Source: Candidatus Krumholzibacteriia bacterium (GTDB lineage Bacteria; Krumholzibacteriota; Krumholzibacteriia; JAJRXK01). From it: a stretch of DNA of 64,000 nt. Below, in pieces: positions 1 through 9,041 of the stretch (its first letter is position 1; every line of letters begins with the position of its first letter). A program made the translations under genes and the position numbers. The notes under the pieces are model-generated. The model had not been told where the DNA came from, did not search any database, and was given only the letters and a program-made list of their open reading frames with translations. Location of the stretch: the NCBI GenBank assembly GCA_041484665.1, contig JBGPIA010000011.1, positions 32,001 through 96,000 on the forward strand, written 5' to 3'.

Positions 1-1081
1 CGTGCCGATCGTGTGCCAGCAGCAGCTTGGCCTGCACGGGGTTCGATTCCATGAACCCGCCCACCATGTACAGCGTGAAGCCGTGGTCGGGGCCGCAACC
101 GGTGAATCCAACCCGCAGCGTCATCACATCGCCGGTCAGCTCGATGGCAAGCAGATGGTAGGAGTCCTGGTGGATCTGCTCCGGCGGCAGGTCGGTGAGC
201 ACCACGGGCTGCGGAAACTCCCCAAGGGGTCCGACGTGCGCGCCGAAGTCCGCGTGCAAGAAGCTGCGCGGTGCGCCGTTCTCGTCCGGGGTCAGCACCA
301 CCTGCAGCGGGTTGGTCGTCGTGACCACGACCTCGCAGCGGCAGCGCAGCAAGGGTGGCTGGTAGGTCAGCGTGTACAGGCCCACGTCCTGGACCGGGAA
401 GCTGTAGGTCCCAGAATCCACCGCGGTTGCGGTGAGCGTAATGCCGTCGGGGCGCACGACGTTCACCGTTCCATAGAATGGTCCATCGCCTGCGTCGCGC
501 ACCCCATTGGAATTCTCGTCGCGGAAGATCGCGCCCGCGATCACCGGCGCCCCGGGCTGCACGCCAAAGGTAGCCATGGCGGCGAACGAGAAGCTCGTCA
601 GCCCGGGAACGGAGAAATGCCAGGTCTTGCTCGCCGACAATTCGCCGGGCGAGAGCGCTCCATCGGAACCCAGCAGCGCAGAGTAGTCGAGGTCGAGCTC
701 GAGGGCCGTGACGCTCGACGGTTGCAGTGCGCTCAATCGCACCAACGCCGGTGCGAACAGGGTCACAGTGGAGGCGTTTCGGATCGCCACGTCCAACGAG
801 ACCGTCTCGGCGGTCGAGTCGACCACGAGATTGCTCCCGATCAACTTCACGGCCACCGGCGCCTGGCCCGGCTGGCTTGCGGGAACGCTGCGCAGCACGA
901 AGGACGACGCGCCGGGATCCAACGCCCCCTCGAACGTAGCTTGCGCGGTCGTCTGATCTTGTGAGGTGGGGGCGGTGGATTGCGAGCAGGCGCTCAGCAC
1001 CGCCATTGCCAGGGTCGCGAGCGCGAGAATCGAGATCAGCCGAGCGAAGGGAAGGCAGGTGCGTCGCCGATCGGTGCGCAT
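1..1081 (-). CDS. Lipoprotein (3' end runs off the window) with SdrD-B-like and NigD-C-like domains
   Basis: Not in the ORF track because it has no stop in the window. Hand translation from ATG 1081 (AAGGAG RBS upstream) gives MRTDRRRTCLPFARLISILALATLAMAVLSAC (lipobox LSAC), then AGAIFRDENSNGVRDAGD (SdrD-B-like) and GCGPDHGFTLYMVGGFMESNPVQAKLLLAHD (NigD-C-like). Confidence 0.8.
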   Translation of the reverse strand, partial: MRTDRRRTCLPFARLISILALATLAMAVLSACSQSTAPTSQDQTTAQATFEGALDPGASSFVLRSVPASQPGQAPVAVKLIGSNLVVDSTAETVSLDVAIRNASTVTLFAPALVRLSALQPSSVTALELDLDYSALLGSDGALSPGELSASKTWHFSVPGLTSFSFAAMATFGVQPGAPVIAGAIFRDENSNGVRDAGDGPFYGTVNVVRPDGITLTATAVDSGTYSFPVQDVGLYTLTYQPPLLRCRCEVVVTTTNPLQVVLTPDENGAPRSFLHADFGAHVGPLGEFPQPVVLTDLPPEQIHQDSYHLLAIELTGDVMTLRVGFTGCGPDHGFTLYMVGGFMESNPVQAKLLLAHDRH

Positions 1082-1121
1082 GGCTACGCTCCTTGGTATG
1101 GTGGAATTTTGGCTCGGACTC

Positions 1122-1150
1122 ACTATACCCCGGCCGGGCGTCGGGCGGAA
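1122..1150 (-). promoter_or_regulatory. Candidate sigma70 promoter of the lipoprotein gene
   Basis: Minus strand TTCCGC-N17-TATAGT, about 40 nt upstream of the ATG. Confidence 0.4.
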
Positions 1151-1172
1151 GGGGGGAACGCGCGCGAGGGAA

Positions 1173-1270
1173 GAAGGCGTGCGAAGGAAAGCGTGTGAAG
1201 GAAGGCGTGAACGGGAAGGCGTGTGCAGGACGGAGTGAGCAGGACGGACTGAGCGGGAAAGCGTGCGGGG
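1173..1270. repeat. Degenerate 14-bp tandem repeat, 7 copies
   Basis: gaaggcgtgcgaag/gaaagcgtgtgaag/gaaggcgtgaacgg/gaaggcgtgtgcag/gacggagtgagcag/gacggactgagcgg/gaaagcgtgcgggg. Confidence 0.85.
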
Positions 1271-1368
1271 AATCGCCCTGCACGCCAGCGGTTCGCCAGA
1301 GCCAGGAGCGCGGCCCGATGCGGAACCGCTGAACGCAAGGGCCGGCACCGATGCCGGCCGGCGCGCCG

Positions 1369-1397
1369 CGTCGGGGGGACTCGACGTCCCCCCGACG
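1369..1397 (-). terminator. GC-rich hairpin downstream of the 927-aa gene (terminator-like, no U tract)
   Basis: Perfect 12-bp stem cgtcggggggac-tcgac-gtccccccgacg, 12 nt past the stop. Confidence 0.55.
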
Positions 1398-1408
1398 AAA
1401 CGCTTCGA

Positions 1409-4192
1409 TCAGTGCACGATCGTCAGGCGCTTCAACCCGATGGCTTGGCCATCGACGTCCAGGCGGACGAAGTACGGCGCGGCAGAGACCGTCTGACCGT
1501 TGTTGTCGCGCGCATCCCAGCTGGTCAGGTGGTGCCCCGCGGGCAGGCGCCCCACATCGATGCGGCGCACGAGGCGGCCGGCCACGTCGTAGATCCGCAC
1601 CCCGACGGCGGCGTCGTGGGCCAGCGAGAAGGACAGCTGGCTGGCGCCCCCGGCCGGGTTGGGCCCCAGCGCCTCGAACACGGTGGTTCGCACCGAGCCG
1701 GGGGACGGAGCCGCGGTCACCCCCGTGAAGTCGAGCGTGGCAGGGAAGCTGCTGACGGCGCCGCAAGAGCTGGCGGCCACCAGTCGGTAGCCGCCGTGGT
1801 CGTTCCAGACGGCATTCGAGATCGTCAACGTCGTGGTGGTGGCTCCGCCGATCGTGGAGCCGTTCCCGGTCGGCCCGTCCGACATCGGCACGTCATTGTG
1901 GTACCACCTGTAGGTGAGCCCGCTGAAGCCGCTGGCGATCTGCGCGGTAAACGAGACGTTGTCTCCCAGTAGCGCCGTCTTCGAGAAGGGTTGCTGCGCG
2001 AACCACGGCACGCCGGTCTCCGAATACCGGCCCCAGAAGGGGGAGGTCAATGGAGCGGGACCGCCGTAATCGACGAGGCTGAACACGCCTCCCACCTCGA
2101 CCTCGTTGTTGTAGGCGCCCAGCGCGTAGACGTTGTTGTTCGTGCCGTAGTGGGTGTCGTGCCAGCTGCCGTCCCAGTACCCGATGCGGTTGACCGGGAC
2201 ACCGCCGATCGAGCCGAACTGGCCCCCGACGTACAGACGCGTGCCGTTGGCCACCAACGCGCGCACGGGGCTGTTCGTGCCTCCGGTCGAGAACGTGTAG
2301 TAGAAGAGGCCATCGTACTGAGCCAGGTCCGGAGAGCTGTTGATGCCGGGGTACTCTCCTCCGATCACCAGCCGTCCGTTGTACACCTCCAGCGCGTAGA
2401 CGTTGCCGAGGAAAAACCCCCCGACCTGGCTCCAGCTGGAGCCGTTCCAGCGCGCAAGCCCACCCGTCGAGACGCCGCCGGCCGAGGTGAAGCTGCCGCC
2501 AGCGTACAGGTAGCCGTTGTACTCCTTCAGGGCTTGGACGTAGCCGCCGGTCATGCCCGAGCCCAGCGGCTCCCACGCATCCGTGGTCTCGTTCCAGCGC
2601 GCGATGTCGTTGACCTGGGTCGCGCCGGAATAGCCGAACAGCCCGCCGGCATAGGTGTCGCCGTTGAAGCGCTCGATGGCGTAGACCTCGCCGTTGAACC
2701 CGGCGCCCATCGGCTGCCAGGCGGGCGGCGGGAACGCCAAGAGACTCTCATCCCACCGTGCGATGGAACTGGCGGCGATGCCGCCCGCGTGGATGAACGA
2801 GCCTCCTGCCACGAGCTCGTTGGAGCCGTGGATCCCTGGATACTTGAACGCCTTGAGCGCGCGGACCGGCCCGTCCACGCCCACCCCGAACGGCTGCACC
2901 GTCCCGCCGGACCAGCCCGCGATGCTGTTGGCGGTGGTCAGCGCGTCTGCGGATTGGTGGAAGTCGCCCCCCGCCACCAGGCGCCCGTTGAAGTTGGTCA
3001 TGGCCAACACGTAGTTCCCCGAGCCCCCTCCGAACGGACCCCACTCGTAACCGTCCCAGTGGGCAATGTGATTGGCGGGCCCGTCGGCATAGGTGAAGGT
3101 CCCCACGGCGACCAACTGGCCGCCGTAGGAGACGGCGCCGTAGACCGTATCGTCGGTCCCCCCGCCCAACGGCAGCCAGGTGGAGGTGCCCGGCGGCAGG
3201 AAGGCCACGTGGTTGGCGAAGTGTCCGCTGGCGCTGTTGAACACGCCGCCGATCACCAGTCCGTTGTACACGGTGATGGTGAAGATCGTACCGCCGTATG
3301 GCGATCCACTGGTGCCGCTGGTGTAGGTGTGGAACGCGCCATCCCAGCTAGCGATGTTGTTGTATGCGACTCCATTGATGGTGTTGAAACCGCCGACGGC
3401 GATCAATAGGCCGCTGAAGACGGCGAAGTCGTAGATCCCACCGGGGTCGGTTCCATCGGTGATCGCCGTCCACCCGCCGGCGTTCCCATGGGAGATCCGC
3501 AGTGCGCTCCCGGTGATGGTGGCGGCCTTGATGTAGCCGCCGACGTAGAGATCGCCGTTGTAGACGGCCAAGGCGGAAACTGCGGTGTTGGTCTGACTGC
3601 CGAATCCGGCTAGCTCCACCGCTTCCCACAGGTTGGCGGTGGAGTTCCACTTCGCGATGTAGAAAGCGTCATTGCTGCTCGAGGGGACGAAGTGGGTCAT
3701 GAAGTTCCCGCCGATATAGAGCTCCCCATTGTACACAGCCAACTCGGTCACGCTGCCGGTATTGGTCGCCGACAAGCTCTCCCACGAAGAGCCGTTCCAG
3801 CGGCGGACGGTGGAGTCGAACGTGCCCACGTTGTTGTCTCCGAGACAGCCGGCGACCACTTGCCCGTTGAACACCGTGAGGGCACCGACATCCGTCGCGA
3901 TCCCGCTTCCGAAGGGTTCCCACTGCGCGCTCTCCGGGTTGAACTGGGCAATGTGGTTGGCCGCCACGCCCCCGATGGAAGTGAACTGGCCTCCTACCAC
4001 CAGCCTGGGCGCAAGGGGACCGGCGCCGTCCGGGTCCCAGGTGATGGCTGCACCGATAGCGCCGTTCGCGCCGTTGGGCGCGTTGCCGTTGTCCAGCGGG
4101 CCGGCCCGCCACTGAGCGCACTGCGCGCGTACCTTGGTGGCGGCGTGCAGGGTACAGAGAAGCGTCAAGATCAGGGCCACTCGCGCCTTCAT
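1409..4192 (-). CDS. Secreted beta-propeller repeat protein with an Ig domain and a C-terminal FlgD-Ig/T9SS-like sorting domain
   Basis: Signal peptide (VRA-QC); many GGxFTxAGGVxxxxIARWNGxxWxxLGxG repeats; Ig motif LTYRWYHN...DHGGYRLV; tail GPNP...IYDVAGRLVR...WDARD...YFVRL...KRLTIVH. Confidence 0.9.
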   Translation of the reverse strand: MKARVALILTLLCTLHAATKVRAQCAQWRAGPLDNGNAPNGANGAIGAAITWDPDGAGPLAPRLVVGGQFTSIGGVAANHIAQFNPESAQWEPFGSGIATDVGALTVFNGQVVAGCLGDNNVGTFDSTVRRWNGSSWESLSATNTGSVTELAVYNGELYIGGNFMTHFVPSSSNDAFYIAKWNSTANLWEAVELAGFGSQTNTAVSALAVYNGDLYVGGYIKAATITGSALRISHGNAGGWTAITDGTDPGGIYDFAVFSGLLIAVGGFNTINGVAYNNIASWDGAFHTYTSGTSGSPYGGTIFTITVYNGLVIGGVFNSASGHFANHVAFLPPGTSTWLPLGGGTDDTVYGAVSYGGQLVAVGTFTYADGPANHIAHWDGYEWGPFGGGSGNYVLAMTNFNGRLVAGGDFHQSADALTTANSIAGWSGGTVQPFGVGVDGPVRALKAFKYPGIHGSNELVAGGSFIHAGGIAASSIARWDESLLAFPPPAWQPMGAGFNGEVYAIERFNGDTYAGGLFGYSGATQVNDIARWNETTDAWEPLGSGMTGGYVQALKEYNGYLYAGGSFTSAGGVSTGGLARWNGSSWSQVGGFFLGNVYALEVYNGRLVIGGEYPGINSSPDLAQYDGLFYYTFSTGGTNSPVRALVANGTRLYVGGQFGSIGGVPVNRIGYWDGSWHDTHYGTNNNVYALGAYNNEVEVGGVFSLVDYGGPAPLTSPFWGRYSETGVPWFAQQPFSKTALLGDNVSFTAQIASGFSGLTYRWYHNDVPMSDGPTGNGSTIGGATTTTLTISNAVWNDHGGYRLVAASSCGAVSSFPATLDFTGVTAAPSPGSVRTTVFEALGPNPAGGASQLSFSLAHDAAVGVRIYDVAGRLVRRIDVGRLPAGHHLTSWDARDNNGQTVSAAPYFVRLDVDGQAIGLKRLTIVH

Positions 4193-4294
4193 CGGGAGTC
4201 TCCTCGAGCTCTTGGGGGTCGATCGAGCAAGTTGCGATCACTCACGGGTTGGAGGGGGGAAGGACTCGTCCGCGACACCGAGGTTACCCCCCCA

Positions 4295-4320
4295 TACGTT
4301 CGGCCTCCCCCGAGCGAACG
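4295..4320. promoter_or_regulatory. Conserved upstream motif, copy 1 (TACGTT-N12-AGCGAACG)
   Basis: Same motif and spacing as 7289-7314; about 103 nt upstream of ATG 4192. Confidence 0.55.
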
Positions 4321-4356
4321 CGGGAGAAGGCTGTGCCCGCGCCCCCGGGGGCACAG

Positions 4357-4389
4357 GGTGGAAGGGGGCTGGCTCGAGCCCCCTCCACC
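4357..4389 (-). terminator. Hairpin downstream of the 926-aa gene
   Basis: ggtggaagggggct-ggctcg-agccccctccacc. Confidence 0.5.
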
Positions 4390-4400
4390 GTGCGCTTCGA

Positions 4401-7181
4401 TCAGTGAAGGACCGTCAGACGTTTGTCACCCAGACGCTGGCCTTCGACCTCGAGACTCACGAAGTACAGCCCCGCATGGACGCGCTGTCCGTGGTCGTCA
4501 CGCGCGTCCCACGTCCCCTGATGGGGCCCAGCGGGTAGGCGTCCCATGTCGATGACGCGCACCAACCGCCCCGCCAGGTCGTAGACCCGGAACCGTGTCT
4601 GGGCTTCCACGGCCAGGGAAAATGCGAGCTGTGAGGGGCCGCGCGTCGGATTGGGGCCGGCCGCCTCGAAGACGGTCGCGCCGTTCGGTCCAGGAGGCGC
4701 CACCCCGGTGACCCCGGTGAAGTCCAGCGAGGCGACAACGCTGGAGTCGTTGCCGCAGGGACTCATGAGCACCATCTGATAGCCTCCGCCGTCGGCAAAG
4801 ACCGCGCTGGTGAGGGTCAGCGTCGGCGTGGTCGCGCCGCTGAGCATAGAGCCGCCTGCGGTGAGTCCGTCCAGGAGCGGTACGCCGTTGCGATTCCACT
4901 GGAAGCTGAGTCCGGGGTATCCGGGCGCGGGTTGGGCAGTGAACGAGACGTTGTCACCCACCTGAATGGTTTGAGAAAAGGGCTGGGAGACAAACCAAGG
5001 CACACCGGTTTGGGAGTACTTGGCCCACCGGGGCGATGCGAGTGCACCGCCATGGACGGCGGTGAACACTCCGCCAGCATGGATCTCGCTGTTGAAAGAG
5101 GCCAACGCGTAGACGATATCGTTCGCGCCCCCAGCGACTTCGTGCCAGGAGCCGTCCCAGTACGCGATGTTGCTCGCGGGTACGCCGCCAGCACTGCTGA
5201 ACGTTCCTCCGATGTAGAGCCGGGTGCCGGTGGAGGCCAGCGACCGCACTGCGCCATTGGTGCCTCCGGTGGCGAACGTCGAATAGAACGAGCCCGTGAA
5301 GTAGGCGAGGTTGGGGGAGCTGTTGATGCCTGGGTACACACCGCCGATCACTAGCAGGCCGTTGTGTACCTCCAGCGCATAGACGGTGCCGTTGAAGAAT
5401 CCGCCGACCTGGCTCCAGCTCGCGCCGTCCCAGCGCGCCAACCCTCCGGTCGAGACCCCGCCGGCGGTCGTGAAATCGCCACCGGCATAGAGATAAGAGC
5501 CAAAGACCTTGAGGGCGCGCACGGCGCCATTCATGCCCGTACTCACCGCTTCCCACAGCTGGGTGGTCTCATTCCAGCGGGCGATGTGGTTCACCGTGGA
5601 GGTGGAGAACGTGAAGGCACCGCCAGCGTAGGTCGCGCTGTTGTAGCGCTCAATGGCGTACACGCCGCTGTTGAAGCCGCTCCCCATCGCCTGCCATGCC
5701 GGAGGCGGGAATGCTATGAGAGACTGGTCCCACCGCGCGATGTAGTTCGCCGCGACGTCGCCGGCGTGTGTGAACAAACCTGCGGCGATGAGCTCGTTGG
5801 CCCCGCGGACTCCGGGGTACTTGAACGATTTGAGCGCGACGACCGAGGCGTCCATGCCGTTGCCGTAGGCCGAGAGCGAGACGCCATCCCAACCGGCGAT
5901 GGCGTGCGCCGCGGCGCCGACGTTGGTATTCTGATGAAAGTCGCCACCGGCGATGAGGCGGCCGGTATAGTTGGTCATCGCAAACACGATTCCGGCGGAG
6001 CCCCCACCGAAGGGCAGCCACTCGAAGCCGTTCCAGCGCGCGATCGAGTTGGCAGGCTGCCCGCCGGCCAGGTTGAAGTAGCCTCCGGCGACCAGTTCCG
6101 CGTTGAACACCATCAGGCTACTGACCCACGAGCTCCCGATTCCCGCGCCCAGCGCCGTCCACGAAGAGCCGTTCCAGCCCGCGATGTCACTGGCTCCAAC
6201 GCCACCTGCCAGGCTGAACCCGCCGCCGACCATCAGCACACCCTTGTACACCGACAGGCTGAGGACATCAGAATTGGTTCCGCTCCCCAGTGCCTGCCAG
6301 GCCGAACCGTTCCAGCGAGCGATGTTGCTGGCGGCAACGTAGCCACCCGGATGCTGGTCGACCTGGCTGAACTCACCTCCGACGATCAACTCGCCGTTGT
6401 AGGGCTGCAAGCACGTGACCCGCTCCCCGTTCGTGCCACCGCCCAGCGGCAGCCAAGACGAACCGTTCCAGCGGGCGACGGTTCTTGCAGGCTGATTGCC
6501 TGCATCCGAGAAATCGCCGCCGGCGATCAGATCCCCACCCCACGTCGTGAGGCACATGACCTGTCCGCCGCAGTTGAGGACATTGCAGCCGACTCCGACG
6601 CCCACCGTCTGCCAGGACGACACGGGGTCCCAGCTCGCAATGTCGTGGGCGTACACCGCACCGCCGGCCAGCGTAAACGCCCCCCCGGCGATCAACTTGT
6701 TGTTGTACACGGTCAGGGCGTTGACCCGATTGTTGACCCCGTCGGGGTTGGTTCCGTAGGGCAACGTCTGCCACGAGCTGCCGTTCCAGCGCGCGATGTT
6801 GTTGGTTGGCACCCCGCCGGCGTGCGCGAAGCTTCCACCGGCGATCAGCTCGCCGTTGTAGACCGTGAGGCAAGCGACCGCGCCGTCCGTCCCGCTGCCC
6901 AACGGTTGCCACATCCCGGTCGCGGGATCGCGCGCCGCAATGTTGCTGGCGGACACGCCCTGAATGCTCGTGAATTGACCGGCCACGACCAGCACGGCTG
7001 ACCCAGGACCGGCACCATCCGGATCCCAGGGATACATAGCCGAGATGACGCCATCCGTTCCGTTCGCAGCGCCCCCGTTGTCCAGCGGACCCACCTGCCA
7101 GTCCGCGCATTGGGCTCGTGCTTGCGAAGCGGTCAGGAGGATGGAGAACGCAATTAGGAGCGGAATCAGTCGCGCTTGCAT
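4401..7181 (-). CDS. Secreted beta-propeller repeat protein with Ig and FlgD-Ig domains (tandem paralog of 1409-4192)
   Basis: Same architecture; shares QCAxWxxGPLDNG, FKYPG, IAFPPPAWQ and a KRLTVLH tail. Confidence 0.9.
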   Translation of the reverse strand: MQARLIPLLIAFSILLTASQARAQCADWQVGPLDNGGAANGTDGVISAMYPWDPDGAGPGSAVLVVAGQFTSIQGVSASNIAARDPATGMWQPLGSGTDGAVACLTVYNGELIAGGSFAHAGGVPTNNIARWNGSSWQTLPYGTNPDGVNNRVNALTVYNNKLIAGGAFTLAGGAVYAHDIASWDPVSSWQTVGVGVGCNVLNCGGQVMCLTTWGGDLIAGGDFSDAGNQPARTVARWNGSSWLPLGGGTNGERVTCLQPYNGELIVGGEFSQVDQHPGGYVAASNIARWNGSAWQALGSGTNSDVLSLSVYKGVLMVGGGFSLAGGVGASDIAGWNGSSWTALGAGIGSSWVSSLMVFNAELVAGGYFNLAGGQPANSIARWNGFEWLPFGGGSAGIVFAMTNYTGRLIAGGDFHQNTNVGAAAHAIAGWDGVSLSAYGNGMDASVVALKSFKYPGVRGANELIAAGLFTHAGDVAANYIARWDQSLIAFPPPAWQAMGSGFNSGVYAIERYNSATYAGGAFTFSTSTVNHIARWNETTQLWEAVSTGMNGAVRALKVFGSYLYAGGDFTTAGGVSTGGLARWDGASWSQVGGFFNGTVYALEVHNGLLVIGGVYPGINSSPNLAYFTGSFYSTFATGGTNGAVRSLASTGTRLYIGGTFSSAGGVPASNIAYWDGSWHEVAGGANDIVYALASFNSEIHAGGVFTAVHGGALASPRWAKYSQTGVPWFVSQPFSQTIQVGDNVSFTAQPAPGYPGLSFQWNRNGVPLLDGLTAGGSMLSGATTPTLTLTSAVFADGGGYQMVLMSPCGNDSSVVASLDFTGVTGVAPPGPNGATVFEAAGPNPTRGPSQLAFSLAVEAQTRFRVYDLAGRLVRVIDMGRLPAGPHQGTWDARDDHGQRVHAGLYFVSLEVEGQRLGDKRLTVLH

Positions 7182-7288
7182 GCTGGGCCTCCTGGAATGC
7201 GAATGGATCGCGCGAGCGGATCCATATCATCTGCGGTGTGGGCTGTGGCGGCGGCCCCGTGCCGACCCCCCTCGGTTCCAACTTTACC

Positions 7289-7314
7289 TACGTCCGAGGC
7301 GCCCGAAGCGAACG
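7289..7314. promoter_or_regulatory. Conserved upstream motif, copy 2 (TACGTC-N12-AGCGAACG)
   Basis: About 108 nt upstream of ATG 7181; matches 4295-4320. Confidence 0.55.
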
Positions 7315-7823
7315 AACCTGGGATGAGGCGGTACGGGGAGACCTGCCGTACGGCGGGGATGGGGGTGGGGGAGAACACGCGCCACTCAGCGCTGATTGGG
7401 GGGCCGCCGCGTGGCGCGGCGGTTGGTGCGCAGCCAAGGCGATCCGCGGGCCCAAGGCCCTTCCCAAGGACGGCGTCTTGAGCAAGGGCTTGCTTGCAGC
7501 ACGACGCTGAGACGTTTCCGGCGCAGCCGTCGATTGGAGCAATACCCTACTTACAGAAGCTATTGACCTACAAATGCGCCTCGACGATGCCTACCGAGGC
7601 CGCACGACGCCCGCGATCACCGATCTGTCCCGGTCCGCGGCGCTCCGGGCGATCGCAGCTGCTCTCGTCGCTTGACCCCGGGCAGCTCACTCGGCGGATG
7701 GTCTGCGAATTGGCGGATGCGAATCGGCGAATGAGTGCGCGCGGCGGCAGTCCCGGCCGACGGGTCCTGCACCGGCGGGCGACCAGTCGCTGATCCCTGA
7801 CGACCCCGCTCCTGACTGCCCAG

Positions 7824-8642
7824 CTACCGGAGCCGCACGATGCGGCGGCGATCGAGTTGCGTTCCCGCCTGCGCTCGGATCCAGAAAACTCCCGCCCCAA
7901 CATCCGCTCCGTGCGCGTCGCGACCGTCCCACCGCAGACGCTGCTCACCAGCCACGAAATCGCCATCGACCAGCCGTGCGACGACGCGCCCACGCACGTC
8001 CAGCACATCGACGCGGGCATGGGTTGGGTTGGGAAGCGCAAGCACAAACTCGATCGGACTCGACGATGGATTCGGCATCAGCGTTTGAATCAACCGGCCC
8101 GAAAGCGCGGGTTCAGCCGACACCACGCCGAACGCTGCCGCGAGCACGTGGAAGACCGAGTCCATGCATGCATTCACCGTGAGGCGCACGTCGACGTCGA
8201 TCGCGGGGAAGATTGGGCGAGCCGGAACCCAGCCGCTGTCGAAATGCTGATGCAGCACGTCGTCGGTGGTCAGATCCAGCGTCATGCGCTGGGTGAGCGC
8301 GACCTCACCGGCCAGATCATAGGTTCCGTGGCCGGTCACATGGGCGGTGCGCTGGGCCCCGGCTGCGCTACCGCCAATCGTGTAGCTCCAGGCGATATTC
8401 AGAAGCTCGAAATGCCCGGAGTGGGGATCCAATCCCGGGCGATAGAACGTGAAGTCCCCATCGAGCGGCCCCGAGATCACGACTGGGCACGCGCAAGGCC
8501 CAAAGCACCCGTATTCCAGGTTGGAGTCGGGGAACAGGCGGTACTGCAAGGGGTCCGAGACCTGGGCACTGGCGTAACGGGGGGCCGCCAGCGCGAGCAT
8601 CACAATTCCGGTAACGAAGGCGGGCCAGTTCCTAGATCGCAT
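7824..8642 (-). CDS. Small secreted protein with a Cys-rich N-terminal domain and C-terminal FlgD-Ig domain
   Basis: Signal peptide (ASA-Q); GCFGPCACP motif; PNP...VLDVRGRVVARL...WDGRDAHG...GVFWIR...RRIVRLR. Confidence 0.85.
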   Translation of the reverse strand: MRSRNWPAFVTGIVMLALAAPRYASAQVSDPLQYRLFPDSNLEYGCFGPCACPVVISGPLDGDFTFYRPGLDPHSGHFELLNIAWSYTIGGSAAGAQRTAHVTGHGTYDLAGEVALTQRMTLDLTTDDVLHQHFDSGWVPARPIFPAIDVDVRLTVNACMDSVFHVLAAAFGVVSAEPALSGRLIQTLMPNPSSSPIEFVLALPNPTHARVDVLDVRGRVVARLVDGDFVAGEQRLRWDGRDAHGADVGAGVFWIRAQAGTQLDRRRIVRLR

Positions 8643-8928
8643 CTAACCCTCGTGCTTCCACCAGGGGGAGGCGTGCAGTCCTACATCGCTGCGTTCACCG
8701 GTCAAGCATAACGGTGGGCGGGCGTCACTGCCACACCGCAGCGATCGCCCGCTCGCCGGCGGGAGGTTGTCCTTGGAGGACCTGTCCCGATCGAAGGATC
8801 CAGCCGCCGTGCGGAACGTGGAATTGCGGCTGGGATCTCAAGTCCGCCGCCCGTCGGGGTCCCGAAGGCAGCACCGGAGCGGGGTCCGCGTCAACCCGCG
8901 GGGCCTCGCTTTCCGAGGCCAGATCAGT

Positions 8929-8971
8929 TGGCTCCCCGGGTGGGACTCCAACTCGCGACCCTTTGGTGAAC
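8929..8971 (-). mobile_element. Degenerate tRNA 3' half (tRNA-Asn-like), probable att-site scar
   Basis: Minus strand gttcaccaaagggtcgcgagttggagtcccacccggggagcca reads as anticodon loop, T-arm, acceptor 3' strand and CCA, with substitutions; no 5' half. A hairpin (ggcctcg-ctttc-cgaggcc, 8902-8920) follows on the same strand. Confidence 0.7.
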
Positions 8972-9041
8972 GCACCGCGCTGCGAGCCGCGCCCGCCCCG
9001 CTCCCCCGCGCTCCGCGCCACGCCTGGCTTCCTCCCCGCCC

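Noticed and set aside
2..964. 320-aa plus-strand ORF
   Set aside because: Antisense shadow of the minus-strand lipoprotein gene; Arg/His/Gln-rich with no motifs
1173..1270. Possible CRISPR array or iteron set
   Set aside because: Degenerate head-to-tail 14-mers, with no spacers and no rep gene
7480..7575. Sigma54/IHF elements upstream of the 926-aa gene
   Set aside because: TTGC is present but the -24 GG is missing, and the IHF match is poor
8929..9010. Functional tRNA gene
   Set aside because: No D-arm or 5' acceptor strand, and the T-loop is mutated (GTTGGAG)
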